IMG/VR virus record: IMGVR_UViG_3300035698_026482
Span: 1 to 64,000 of that record
Reading direction: 5' to 3' (one strand)
DNA length: 64,000 nt
DNA from: a virus
Every line of letters starts with the position of its first letter. The stretch's first letter is position 1. Under the pieces are notes generated by a model, which saw only the letters and a program-made list of their open reading frames with translations, did no database searches and was not told the DNA's origin. A program made the position numbers and the translations under genes. Shown one piece after another: positions 24,966 through 34,733 of this stretch.

Positions 24966-26990
24966 CTACTCAGACGCTACCGGAGCTGAATCGACATTTT
25001 CTGTCTTTGGTAGCGGATTTGTTGGAATTGACTTATCCTTTCGGATTTGGCTCCACTTTTGTCGAAGTGTTTCCTTAAGTGAGCGTTCGTCGCTTTGTTG
25101 CGATTCAAGTAATGATAATGAATCGGCACCTTCGGTTACGCTAATCGTCGATGTTGCAGTATTAATTTTGGCAGGATAAACAATACCATCGCTTCCTGCT
25201 CTGTTTTTTGCAACAAAGAGGCGACCGAGGCCAGATGCTTTTTCTTCTGGCTTACGTGAAAGTGATAGAACAACATCGGCAACCATGGCCTTACCATATG
25301 CTTCCGACATATTTTCTAGGCCAACGACATCAGCGTTTGCTGAATCGCGATTGGCCTGAGAGGCTGTCCAAATCGGGAGATCAAATGTCATAGCCAAATT
25401 GCGGAGCTCTTCATAAATAAGCTTCAACTCGAATCTTGGCGCATCATATTTTCGAGTTGATCGCATAATATCGGCGTAATCAATTAAAAGAACATCAGGT
25501 TTAAGTCCTTGTAAAATACAACGTTCGATATGCGCCCGTAATGTTTGAATTGTCGCCGTCCCAGTTGGGTAACCCTTGACGATAAGCTTTCCAAGCTTCA
25601 TTTCGTCTTCCATCCGCATAACTTCGTCTTTATATTCTGGAATTCTATTACTTTCAATTCCCGTAAGATGCGAATCGTAACGTAAACCAATCGATGTTTC
25701 ACTTAGCTCCATCGTATAATGGATCACGTTTTTTCTTGCTAACAACGCTTCTGCGCCGAAATGCACCAACGCGTGTGAGTTATGCGAAAGAATACCATTC
25801 GAAAGATACGAATGCACATTAGCAACCTGTAGGTCGCAGAGGCGTTCGGGAGGCTTATCAAGCTTTTTAAGTTCGACGATAATTTGTGGACCGTCTTTTG
25901 TTCGAATTTGATCGTGAATTTCAAGCTTTTCGACATAGCGCCAGCCAGGCAGCTGATCGCTTTCGGGTGCACATTCATCTACGTAGACAAGATGTTTATC
26001 AGCACAATCAAGCGAAGTCGAATGAGTGGCGACACGGAGCAAGATTTCTGGCTTAGTCCATCGAATGGCTTCAATTTTATGCCATGCTGGTCCATCATCT
26101 AGAGTTTTAACACGAATATTCAACGTTCTGATATCTCGAACAGTATCACCATCTTGATCCAGATCTGTTGATGTACTCAGGCACCCAAGGTTGGTGAAAA
26201 GCTCACCCATTTGCACTTTTCTTTCAACTGTATTGCGGGCCTCGACGATATGACCCTGTTGGGTTGAAAAATCATCCCATGGATCATACGCTGTTCCGCC
26301 AATGACAATTTGATCATATTGAATGTCGATATAGGTCGTATTCCTCGAACATTTTCCGACGCCAGTGTTGGCAACAACAACGCCCAGTTCACCACGGCCC
26401 AGACCGCCTCGAAGAATTCTTGGGCCATCAATTTCAGGAATTCCCGTTGGCACAGGATGACGTTCGTTTTCGACAAATCGTGCTGCACGATCCGCTGTGA
26501 AATCATGCCCAATACTCTCGCAACAGCCCTTATTGACTGCTCTATTCAGATCATCAACGATCTGATCGTAGTTTGCATCTTCGACTCGATCAACAATACG
26601 TTCGAGCGACTCTTTGATTTCTTGCTTACGACAAAAATCAAGCGTCTTCTCTTTTACGTACGGTAGATCATTTACATTTGGGTTTGAGCGGACCGAAGTT
26701 AGATAGCCGACGACTTGATTTTTGAGAATTTCATCATTATCTTCCTTTAGACTTTCCCGAATTAGCGTAATCAAATTCTCAAATGATGGGAAGCATTTAT
26801 AGCGGTTGTAATAGTCAAAATAGTGTTGCGCAAGATATTGAAGATATCTAAATTCGAAATACTCAACTCGCATTACCTCTTGAACTTGTGATGCCCAACG
26901 GTGATCGACGATTAAAGCTTGTACAATTTTCTCTTGAAATGATTTGCCGTAGCCTGAGAATGTGATAGGTGCTTCTGTACGCTTTTCCAT
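24966..26990 (-). CDS. dnaB: DnaB-like replicative helicase with a cis intein (25779-26351)
   Basis: VVANTGVGK|CSRN...LSHN|SHAL; YTMELS; LLIDYADIM; WTASQANR; KNRAG. Confidence 0.93.
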   Translation of the reverse strand: MEKRTEAPITFSGYGKSFQEKIVQALIVDHRWASQVQEVMRVEYFEFRYLQYLAQHYFDYYNRYKCFPSFENLITLIRESLKEDNDEILKNQVVGYLTSVRSNPNVNDLPYVKEKTLDFCRKQEIKESLERIVDRVEDANYDQIVDDLNRAVNKGCCESIGHDFTADRAARFVENERHPVPTGIPEIDGPRILRGGLGRGELGVVVANTGVGKCSRNTTYIDIQYDQIVIGGTAYDPWDDFSTQQGHIVEARNTVERKVQMGELFTNLGCLSTSTDLDQDGDTVRDIRTLNIRVKTLDDGPAWHKIEAIRWTKPEILLRVATHSTSLDCADKHLVYVDECAPESDQLPGWRYVEKLEIHDQIRTKDGPQIIVELKKLDKPPERLCDLQVANVHSYLSNGILSHNSHALVHFGAEALLARKNVIHYTMELSETSIGLRYDSHLTGIESNRIPEYKDEVMRMEDEMKLGKLIVKGYPTGTATIQTLRAHIERCILQGLKPDVLLIDYADIMRSTRKYDAPRFELKLIYEELRNLAMTFDLPIWTASQANRDSANADVVGLENMSEAYGKAMVADVVLSLSRKPEEKASGLGRLFVAKNRAGSDGIVYPAKINTATSTISVTEGADSLSLLESQQSDERSLKETLRQKWSQIRKDKSIPTNPLPKTENVDSAPVASE

Positions 26991-26996
26991 TTATTC

Positions 26997-27947
26997 CTAT
27001 ATCGAGCACATTGTGTAAAAGAAGGAATCGACGTTAAAATCGCCGAGGCCTAATCCTACGAGCTCTCTAATCAAGTTAATCTTATTCTTAACCGGCTCAA
27101 AAGTATCGAGTGCGAAGTCAGCCTTACGCATTTGTTCTGGTGCCAGCATAGAGTTGTTTAATTCGATCAAGCGCATATTTCGCTTGATCATCTCTTTGGA
27201 TTCTAGAATGGTTTTAAATGCTTTAACTTTTGATGATTCAGAAAGTGTTTTGCATTCAGTCATTAGTGAATCTATATCAAAATCATCATTGCTTGCCATC
27301 GCCGGAAAGCGCTTTGCAATTGTTTTGAATCCTACGCCTTTAACACCAGGAATGTTGTCAGAGGAGTCTCCGCATAACGCCTTTGCTAAAGAAAAGTTGT
27401 TTGGCGAAATGCTAAACTCCTTTACAACGTCTTCACTTGAAACGAATATCTTTTTGCCTGGGCGAAATATTCTTGTCTTGTCATTTAGCAGCTGATAATA
27501 GTCTTTATCAGATGAAACGATTATTTTCTCTTCGTCCTTAAATCTGCCTCTGCAATAATATGCGATAATATCATCAGCTTCGCATTCACCAACATAAATT
27601 TGATTTACTGGCACATGCTTTAAGCAACGCGTAATAGCCTTAATCTGATCATCCCTATTTTCATTGCTATCTGGAATATCTTCACCATAAAATCGATTCA
27701 TTCTTGCAGGCTTGCGTCCAGCCTTATAATCTGGATAAATTTGCTTACGACGAAGTGAACCACCGCCTTCCCAGACAACGATAAGCTTTTTCGCATTTGT
27801 CATCTCAACAAGACTTTTTATCGTATACATAAATCCCACAAATCCTCCCATATGCACGCCAGTTGACGACATTGCAGGATGTGCACAGTAATGGCGAGTA
27901 AAAAGATTCATCGAATCGATTATTAAAATAGGTCTTTCAGTCTTCAT
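26997..27947 (-). CDS. 5'-3' exonuclease / RNase H (FEN / Pol I 5' nuclease family)
   Basis: LIIDSMN, YKAGRK, EADDII, SSDKDYYQL, GDSSDNIPGVKGVG. Confidence 0.92.
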   Translation of the reverse strand: MKTERPILIIDSMNLFTRHYCAHPAMSSTGVHMGGFVGFMYTIKSLVEMTNAKKLIVVWEGGGSLRRKQIYPDYKAGRKPARMNRFYGEDIPDSNENRDDQIKAITRCLKHVPVNQIYVGECEADDIIAYYCRGRFKDEEKIIVSSDKDYYQLLNDKTRIFRPGKKIFVSSEDVVKEFSISPNNFSLAKALCGDSSDNIPGVKGVGFKTIAKRFPAMASNDDFDIDSLMTECKTLSESSKVKAFKTILESKEMIKRNMRLIELNNSMLAPEQMRKADFALDTFEPVKNKINLIRELVGLGLGDFNVDSFFYTMCSI

Positions 27948-27955
27948 TTATCGCC

Positions 27956-28156
27956 TCAAATGCCAGGCCAAAGCTTGCCATAGCGTTTCATGCCAGCCTT
28001 CGTCAGTTCATCGAAAAGTTTTCTATTTGATTTCGGTGCAGGCAGATGCATATCACAAGCGTAGAGGCATGCCTCTAGCCAGCCTTGTGCCTCTGTGGCC
28101 ACGCGGGCGGTATCGACGAGCTGGTCAGCTTTCGATTTAAATCGTGGACCGCCCAT
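27956..28156 (-). CDS. Hypothetical protein
   Basis: 66-aa ORF in the operon. Confidence 0.55.
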   Translation of the reverse strand: MGGPRFKSKADQLVDTARVATEAQGWLEACLYACDMHLPAPKSNRKLFDELTKAGMKRYGKLWPGI

Positions 28157-28159
28157 TAG

Positions 28160-28363
28160 TTAATCTGTTCCATATTCGTTTTGGTTGACATCAGAATTTT
28201 CGTACAGACGAGCAGCCGGCTCTTCGGCATAATCAGCTAAATGAGAAGATGTATAAACCGGTTCATCAGTAACAGCCGTACTCTCATTTATGATGCCAAC
28301 AACTTCGCCTGTTGGCAGCGAATCACGCATTAGTAGATACAGAAATGTTTTTAGTTTACTCAC
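28160..28363 (-). CDS. Hypothetical protein
   Basis: 67-aa ORF with an AGGAG Shine-Dalgarno. Confidence 0.65.
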   Translation of the reverse strand: MSKLKTFLYLLMRDSLPTGEVVGIINESTAVTDEPVYTSSHLADYAEEPAARLYENSDVNQNEYGTD

Positions 28364-28380
28364 TTAATTCTCCTAGAAGC

Positions 28381-28548
28381 TCAGTATTCATCTTCGTCAC
28401 CATCGTCCTCTGGCGGTGGTATCAGCTCTGGGCACGACATGCACGCAATCCAACCAGCGCCCCACGGAATTAGTGAATCCAGGCCGCACTCTGGACAATT
28501 CACGTCACGACGGCGTGGCTGTATTTCATCCTGAACTTCTGCCGTCAT
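28381..28548 (-). CDS. Small zinc-ribbon protein (below ORF-track cutoff)
   Basis: 55 aa: MTAEVQDEIQPRRRDVNCPECG...CMSC...EDEY*. Confidence 0.6.
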   Translation of the reverse strand: MTAEVQDEIQPRRRDVNCPECGLDSLIPWGAGWIACMSCPELIPPPEDDGDEDEY

Positions 28549-28640
28549 CTTCTTCATAATCCTTCACGTTTTGTAATATTAATTCAGCGAAGCGGCGTTG
28601 CCACTCGGGCCATGAAGCCACCCACTTTTCAATATCTAGT

Positions 28641-29120
28641 TTACGCGCCTGAAGAGCCGAATCCTTTTTCACCACGTGTTGATTCCTCTGTTGTTTCTGA
28701 CCATACAAATCCCACGTCATTATCAAATTTCGACTTTGCGATAACAGGATACCACACAATTTGTGCTATACGATCGCCTGGTGTCGCTGTGAACGTTCGC
28801 AGCGTAGAGTTATATAGCACTACACCAATTTCGCCTCTGTATCCTGGGTCAATAATGCCGCCCACAGGCCAAATACCCTCAAGCGCAAGCCCTGATCGCC
28901 CTTCAATTTTAAGCAAAGATCGCAGGTTGGCTATCTTAAAGTCACCTTGCATTGTGTATACGCCCGGGTCTGTGGCTAGCTGTATTCCTGTTTTTACTAC
29001 AGCCGTCATTCCGGCGCCAATTTCAGTCAGTTCAGACGCATAAAGATCAAACCCAACGTCATCAAGCGCCTGTGTCGGCAATATTGCCTGGTCACTAATT
29101 TTCTTGACTGATATCTTCAT
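28641..29120 (-). CDS. dut: Trimeric dUTPase
   Basis: GFDL, GRSGLA, GIIDPGYRGEIGV, GDRIAQ, RGEKGFGSSG. Confidence 0.95.
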   Translation of the reverse strand: MKISVKKISDQAILPTQALDDVGFDLYASELTEIGAGMTAVVKTGIQLATDPGVYTMQGDFKIANLRSLLKIEGRSGLALEGIWPVGGIIDPGYRGEIGVVLYNSTLRTFTATPGDRIAQIVWYPVIAKSKFDNDVGFVWSETTEESTRGEKGFGSSGA

Positions 29121-29290
29121 TTTGTTTCTATAATTCGATTAGAGAAAACAGTGCTAGAATCATCGTAAAATTTATGAGGGTGTGCTCGTCTTGGGTCTAG
29201 CGCAAGATCATAGTCTGTTTTAAATGGCATTGGCTTTTCCCAAAATTCGCCATTTATAATTGCTGCATCATTTAAATTCATTTGTAGCAT
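29117..29290 (-). CDS. Solo FSSR-like microprotein, FSNR variant (below ORF-track cutoff)
   Basis: 57 aa: MLQMNLNDAAII...STVFSNRIIETK*; ATGA overlap into dut. Confidence 0.7.
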   Translation of the reverse strand: MLQMNLNDAAIINGEFWEKPMPFKTDYDLALDPRRAHPHKFYDDSSTVFSNRIIETK

Positions 29291-29295
29291 TTCGT

Positions 29296-30483
29296 TTATA
29301 CCGCCTCTTCACCGATTTGTGCCGCTTTGGCAGCATCTGATTCCAAAAGCTCTTCTGCGTCCATCTCCGATTCAAGCGTTGGGACAACGAACTCCTTAAT
29401 GAATGCCTTATCGAGAAGTTCATCGATATATGGGCGCCACGTTGAGTTTTGTAACACTTGCTCAAATTCATGCTTGTAGAATTTCTTTTGATGAAGCTCT
29501 TTCCCGTCTGGGGAGGTTACCATGAACTCTTTCCATGTGCCGTTGCCACCGCATCGCACCTTCGTTCCGTCCTTAAGCGTAATTTCACCAACTCGATTGA
29601 TATGTGCAAGCAGATATTCATGCTCCTTAATACCAACGCCAAAATGAATTTCAAATTCGGCTTTGCGTCGAGGGGCCGCCACTTTATTTTTCATTGTTGT
29701 GGCAATGACCTTGATACCGATGACGTCCTTTGCGTCATCGCCTGTACCCTTAATTTGTGATCCACTTGTTAGCTTAATTCTAACTGAGGCATGGAACGGA
29801 ATTGCTTTGCCGCCCGGTGTTGTGTCGGGATCGCCGTACAACACGCCAATGGCCGTCTTCATTTGATTCAAGCATACGAGTGTGATATCCTGGTGCCCGA
29901 GCGTCGCGGTTATCTTGCGAAAGCCCTTCGCAAGCGTTCTTGCCTGTAGACCGATAGTTTCCTTGTCATATTCACCTAGCAATTCAGCCTTAGGCGAACA
30001 TGCAGCAACTGAATCCCAGACAATAACGATTGGAATATCTTTGCTCATTTCCTTGGCCCGTGAAATTGCTCGTTCCATAATCATAAAAACGTTTTCAGTG
30101 CACGTTTCTTCAACATAAACAAAGCGCTTTGCAACGTCGACGCCAAGCTGCGCTAGCAAATCTACATTTGTTGCGTTTTCAGAGTCAATATAGATAACCA
30201 TACCGCCCATTGCTTGTGTATTACGTGTAATCTGCAGCGCAAGGTGCGATTTCCCGATTGCTGGTGGCCCGTAAATTTCGATAATGCGACCTTCTGGAAC
30301 GCCTCCATGGCGTCTATTCGAAATTAGATAATCAAGTGCAATTGATCCGGTAGGAATCCACCGCTTGACAATTGTTGGGGCATCTAAATCTGTTGCCAGA
30401 TTATATGCAATGCGTTCGCCTGCTTCTTTATTAAGGGACTTGATTAGATCCGCTGTGAAATCATCTTCTTTTTTCTTTGACAC
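29296..30483 (-). CDS. recA: RecA/UvsX recombinase
   Basis: GRIIEIYGPPAIGKS, YIDSE, VWDSVAA, TPGGKAIPFHASVRI; GTG start with GGAG Shine-Dalgarno. Confidence 0.95.
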   Translation of the reverse strand: MSKKKEDDFTADLIKSLNKEAGERIAYNLATDLDAPTIVKRWIPTGSIALDYLISNRRHGGVPEGRIIEIYGPPAIGKSHLALQITRNTQAMGGMVIYIDSENATNVDLLAQLGVDVAKRFVYVEETCTENVFMIMERAISRAKEMSKDIPIVIVWDSVAACSPKAELLGEYDKETIGLQARTLAKGFRKITATLGHQDITLVCLNQMKTAIGVLYGDPDTTPGGKAIPFHASVRIKLTSGSQIKGTGDDAKDVIGIKVIATTMKNKVAAPRRKAEFEIHFGVGIKEHEYLLAHINRVGEITLKDGTKVRCGGNGTWKEFMVTSPDGKELHQKKFYKHEFEQVLQNSTWRPYIDELLDKAFIKEFVVPTLESEMDAEELLESDAAKAAQIGEEAV

Positions 30484-30562
30484 TTTATCTCCGTATTTTT
30501 TGCACTTCTCAAGTACCGAAACAGGTCGAGGGCACACTTATGCCCTCGACCGTTAAGCATGT

Positions 30563-31369
30563 TTAGCCGTTTAAGAGGCTATCGAACTCATCTTCCAATG
30601 ATGCAGTTTTTGGTGCCGCTGCACCGCCAGCTGCCTGCTCACGTGAGGGCGTTGAGCCTCCACGTGTTACTGCGCGTCCGCTTGGACCGCCATCTACGAA
30701 GCTGTCTAGCGCACCCGATAACTTATCATATGAGCAAATTGGGTAGATCTCATTAAGATCGGGAACGCCGCCAAGAATGGCCTTCAATGTATCTGCATCA
30801 TCTGATAGCGGTGTTTTTGTGGGCTTGCACGTTGCGCTCACATCCCTAATAATCGTACCGTCAGGAAACTTCTTGCCTGAATCGGTGATCTTAACAGTGA
30901 GATCCCTACCTTCTTCGATGTTTGTGATATCGCCCCAGTCAGTATCAACAAGATATCCGAGCAGTTGCTTGTACACGCTTTGGCCAATTGACCAAATTTT
31001 AACTTCGGTGTTGTTGTCACCGTCTCGTATAATAACAGGCACGAATGCCCGCATTTTTGGTCGAAGCTTCTTTGCCAAGGCAAGATTATCTTCGGTTCGA
31101 TCTGCAAAAAGCAGATCGCGTAATTCGCGAACAGGATCCGGTGATCCTAGCGAAGGTGCAACCATTCTTCCGCCGAGTCCGTAATAGAACCAGCGCTCCA
31201 TAAATGGGCGTTCAGGTGCATCAACATCCTCGGGCCAAGGTACAATTCGTACGGTATAGGTTCCATAATCGGGTTTCCAAAGGTGTGATGGGAAATTACC
31301 ACCCTTACCTTTACCCTGGTTGTTCATTTTATCAAGTTTCGCCTTAAGCGCTGCAACGTCAATAGCCAT
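30563..31369 (-). CDS. Single-stranded DNA-binding protein (T4 gp32-like)
   Basis: LWKPDYG..VRIVP, KIWSIGQ, DITNIEEGRD, and an acidic C-tail EDEFDSLL; lies next to recA. Confidence 0.8.
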   Translation of the reverse strand: MAIDVAALKAKLDKMNNQGKGKGGNFPSHLWKPDYGTYTVRIVPWPEDVDAPERPFMERWFYYGLGGRMVAPSLGSPDPVRELRDLLFADRTEDNLALAKKLRPKMRAFVPVIIRDGDNNTEVKIWSIGQSVYKQLLGYLVDTDWGDITNIEEGRDLTVKITDSGKKFPDGTIIRDVSATCKPTKTPLSDDADTLKAILGGVPDLNEIYPICSYDKLSGALDSFVDGGPSGRAVTRGGSTPSREQAAGGAAAPKTASLEDEFDSLLNG

Positions 31370-31506
31370 TATATTTTCCTTTTTCCTTTTTCCTTTTGTT
31401 TTCGACTTTTATTGGTGGTTAATCCCACCTCCATGAGTGCTCGTCGTTGCACCCTAGAATTCCATACCTGTATACCTTAAGCCACAGGCTCGCCTTTGTT
31501 CATATC

Positions 31507-32109
31507 TCAGTCGATATAAGTGCCGCCGCCGAATGACTCGGCATTGCGGATATTTCTCTTTTTGTTGCGCTTTTTGGCTCCGCGCTTATCTGCCTTGGAC
31601 GGATGCGTAGGACCAGTTCCGATGGGTGTAATAACCCCTCTAATGTTTCCAGCTTCAACGCCGGCTCCAGCGCCAGCGGAAACGGCATTCATCTCATAAA
31701 GAGCCTGTCTAATGAATGCTCGAAGAGCTTTTTCTTGACCGTCCCTCATGTTTTCTAAATATAGACGGCCATACCTTTCCGCCCCCATCGACTTGCCCTC
31801 ACGTGATCTCACGGGAGAAAAAGACTCTGCTTGGTGAAATCTTTCAACATCATATCGCGGTGTGTTCCATTCATCCCAATCGGCAATATCGCCGGATTCA
31901 TCTTCACCAGATAATTCATTTGACCATTCATCTTTATTGATCTCGTCGCCGTATGTCTGTGACATAATTGCATCGGCAACTGACCATTTTGCAGTTTGAG
32001 GCTGTCCAGATTGACCGGCCATTGGCACTGGCTGCATCGGGGTGCCTTGGTTCGTACGCGGCGCCGAAAATGCACCCACGCCTAATCCTCTTCCTGATCT
32101 ATACGCCAT
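31507..32109 (-). CDS. Hypothetical protein (LRAFIRQALYE motif)
   Basis: 200-aa ORF. Confidence 0.7.
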   Translation of the reverse strand: MAYRSGRGLGVGAFSAPRTNQGTPMQPVPMAGQSGQPQTAKWSVADAIMSQTYGDEINKDEWSNELSGEDESGDIADWDEWNTPRYDVERFHQAESFSPVRSREGKSMGAERYGRLYLENMRDGQEKALRAFIRQALYEMNAVSAGAGAGVEAGNIRGVITPIGTGPTHPSKADKRGAKKRNKKRNIRNAESFGGGTYID

Positions 32110-32115
32110 TATCTT

Positions 32116-32868
32116 CTAACTATCTTCGACGCTGTTATACAATATGTCGGCATGCGTGAATGTTGGATGTTTCGGCCGAGTTGAAAATTCGCCACACGCA
32201 CATTCAAGTGCCTGCGCGGTCACACGCATTCTATGACCCTGATCATAGGTGAATCTTGTCGCATATGATAGATCAGCGGGGTACATTATGTTGTCAATAT
32301 CATCAGAGTGCCCTAATCCAAGGGCATGTCCTGTTTCATGTGCCAATAGCTCGCCGGAGTCTATTGAAACTGATAGCATTATGCGATTGCACCAATCATT
32401 GTTTGCAGACGAAAAGAAGCCACCATATTTTGAGTCATCATCAAAGTCGCCAATTTTCTCAACGATAAAAAGGTGCAGACTGCAAACGCTATTATGTTCT
32501 TCGCCTAGCATTAGAAATTCACCGAGCTGGGCGCCGACATCAACGGCTTGATAAAAATCTTCATGCACCACAATTGAATCAATAAACAAACTGATTCCGT
32601 GTTCGCCAAGATATTGATTTGCAGCAGCAAAGGTTGAATCAAGTGATCGCCTTTCAATTGTTCGATCGACAACGTGAACAACGACGGGAATATCAAAGGC
32701 TGAATGATTATCTAATTCTGCTTCAAGGGCCGCATTTATTTTTCCTGTAATAAACACGCCGCAGAAAATGAATACGAAAAAACAGGCGACAACGATAGTC
32801 CAGCCTATAATCCCCATATGACTAAATACACCACAGATATAAAACAGCGGGTGCCAAATTAAGGGCAC
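32116..32868 (-). CDS. Membrane-anchored matrixin-like zinc metalloprotease
   Basis: HETGHALGLGH (HExxHxxGxxH) plus NIMYP Met-turn; N-terminal hydrophobic helix. Confidence 0.85.
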   Translation of the reverse strand: MPLIWHPLFYICGVFSHMGIIGWTIVVACFFVFIFCGVFITGKINAALEAELDNHSAFDIPVVVHVVDRTIERRSLDSTFAAANQYLGEHGISLFIDSIVVHEDFYQAVDVGAQLGEFLMLGEEHNSVCSLHLFIVEKIGDFDDDSKYGGFFSSANNDWCNRIMLSVSIDSGELLAHETGHALGLGHSDDIDNIMYPADLSYATRFTYDQGHRMRVTAQALECACGEFSTRPKHPTFTHADILYNSVEDS

Positions 32869-32890
32869 CCGCTGTTAAATTTAAGCCAAA

Positions 32891-33262
32891 TTAAAGTGTT
32901 TCGTCGCTAGATTCATCTGTGCCGTCAAGCTCAGATTTGGCGCTAAAAACAGCAGCGCGTTCTTCGACGGCCTTTTCAAAGCCCGCTATCAGATCTGTGC
33001 ATTTCTCTTGCATGTCTTCAAATTCATGAATTGAACCATCAATCATGCCTCTAAATTTGCCATCACCAACGTAAATAGCGAGACCCTGGGATTGAATCTC
33101 ACCCACTGCGGCGCACCAAAGCAGCGACTGTGACTCTAGACGAGCCACTTCAGCCTGCAAATCAGTGACCTGGGATTCCAGTTCTGCTTGATGCGCGCAT
33201 CCTCCTGTCAACAGCGCTGCAGATAAACATGCGGCAACCAAAAAATTATTGTTCTTCTTCAT
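32891..33262 (-). CDS. Predicted lipoprotein with a coiled coil
   Basis: MKK-hydrophobic stretch-LTGG|C lipobox. Confidence 0.7.
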   Translation of the reverse strand: MKKNNNFLVAACLSAALLTGGCAHQAELESQVTDLQAEVARLESQSLLWCAAVGEIQSQGLAIYVGDGKFRGMIDGSIHEFEDMQEKCTDLIAGFEKAVEERAAVFSAKSELDGTDESSDETL

Positions 33263-33416
33263 TTATATCCTCTGTGTCCTTTATATCGAGTGATGTCAAT
33301 TTACTACGACGTGAGTGTTTGATTATCCATGTTACGGCACCTGCGCAAAATATGGCAGCAAACAGTATCAGCGTCAATGATGCAAGAAACATGTTCCAAA
33401 ATTCTAGGTCAGCCAT
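33246..33416 (-). CDS. Small single-pass membrane protein (below ORF-track cutoff)
   Basis: 56 aa: MADLEFWNMFLASLTLILFAAIFCAGAVTWIIK...; TAATG overlap. Confidence 0.6.
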   Translation of the reverse strand: MADLEFWNMFLASLTLILFAAIFCAGAVTWIIKHSRRSKLTSLDIKDTEDINEEEQ

Positions 33417-34054
33417 TAATATTCCATATCTTTTTCCATCTCGCAGGCAAGACGATCAGCCATATGAATTAAAATCGCAAGTTTTGGTTCCTTCATTCCA
33501 TATGCCTTGTTTTCTTGTGCATACGGGCCGTCATTGAGGCGAATGCCTAGATACTCTTCTTCAGTCGCCTTAATACCGTAGTGAATAAGAATATTCATCG
33601 TATGATCAACATTTGTCATGTATTGAATATTCTCGTTCGTCTTATAAAATTGTCCTAGCTTTTCGCGATGCCAATCAGATTCTTGCGTAATGTAATAGTC
33701 GGCACCGTTCGGACCAGGTTGACCCACTTTGCCGAAATCGTGAAAAATTGCCGCAAAAATAACGCTTTCATTTGACAACCCATCAAAAACATCGAATGTG
33801 TTTCGTAGCGTTAACGCATTTTTGCATACTCGTAACGTATGATCAACAAGCCCACCAGGATATGCCGCATGAAAATCTTTTCGTGATGATGCAGGTGCAG
33901 TTGCAATGCGAACGCCCATTTCATCGAGCATCACCTTAATTGCAGGTGATCGATCGCCAAGACGACTACATAAATCTTCCAGCTTGCTAAAGTTTGTAGT
34001 AATCTGCTCCTGTGTAAGATAATCATTGTCGCTCATATTATTTTTCCCAAGCAA
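33416..34054 (-). CDS. HD-domain phosphohydrolase (YhaM-like)
   Basis: HAAYPGGLVDHTLRV...IFHDFGKVG...IHMAD. Confidence 0.85.
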   Translation of the reverse strand: MLGKNNMSDNDYLTQEQITTNFSKLEDLCSRLGDRSPAIKVMLDEMGVRIATAPASSRKDFHAAYPGGLVDHTLRVCKNALTLRNTFDVFDGLSNESVIFAAIFHDFGKVGQPGPNGADYYITQESDWHREKLGQFYKTNENIQYMTNVDHTMNILIHYGIKATEEEYLGIRLNDGPYAQENKAYGMKEPKLAILIHMADRLACEMEKDMEY

Positions 34055-34076
34055 GCATTACGTCTTATAGCTTAAA

Positions 34077-34733
34077 TTAAAGTACCTTACGGTTTTTAGA
34101 TTGTTTAGACGTAGCAGATGAAATATTACTTGGGACGAAATCTATGTTGACATCAACGCTAATTTCAAACGTCGGAACATACGTGTGCTGAACCAAATTA
34201 TGGGTCTTCATATCCTGGGCCGTAAGATACCACTCAGCGTGGCCTTTTTCATGAATTAGCTTCAAAAAATAATCGTCGTTATGACCGCAGTTTGCTGCCA
34301 TCATTTTAAACACCTTCTTATTAAGCATATCGGCGTGTTCAGCAGAGGCCTTGAGTTCTTCAACCTTACCTCGAGCATGAGATGAAACATCATGAATCAT
34401 CATTACCGAATCTGGATCTGCAAACCGTAGACCTTCTGCGCCAAATGTTGCAAGAATAGATCCACAAGACATCGCCTTACCTTCAATGATTGTTGCGACG
34501 GGAAGTTCGGCGTGCTTAATAGCCGAAATCATTGTTAATAAGGCGTGAACAGATCCTCCAAATGAGTCAATAACAACGGGAATTACTTTCTGTCCTGTGT
34601 TATGCGCAGTTGAAATTTCTGCTTGAAATAATTTTGCAGACTCAGTAGTAAAATCGTTTACACGGACGACGACTGGCGGGGCTGAGAATTCAAGCTTATG
34701 AATGAGATGCGAAATGTTTTGTTTGATTTTCAT
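34077..34733 (-). CDS. clpP: ClpP-like serine protease
   Basis: IDSFGGSV, GKAMSCG, MMIHDVS, WYLTAQ. Confidence 0.85.
   Translation of the reverse strand: MKIKQNISHLIHKLEFSAPPVVVRVNDFTTESAKLFQAEISTAHNTGQKVIPVVIDSFGGSVHALLTMISAIKHAELPVATIIEGKAMSCGSILATFGAEGLRFADPDSVMMIHDVSSHARGKVEELKASAEHADMLNKKVFKMMAANCGHNDDYFLKLIHEKGHAEWYLTAQDMKTHNLVQHTYVPTFEISVDVNIDFVPSNISSATSKQSKNRKVL

Noticed and set aside
28526-28759. 77-aa ORF overlapping the dUTPase 3' end
   Set aside because: The overlap is long, the start is uncertain and there are no motifs. A shorter real gene is possible but not supportable.
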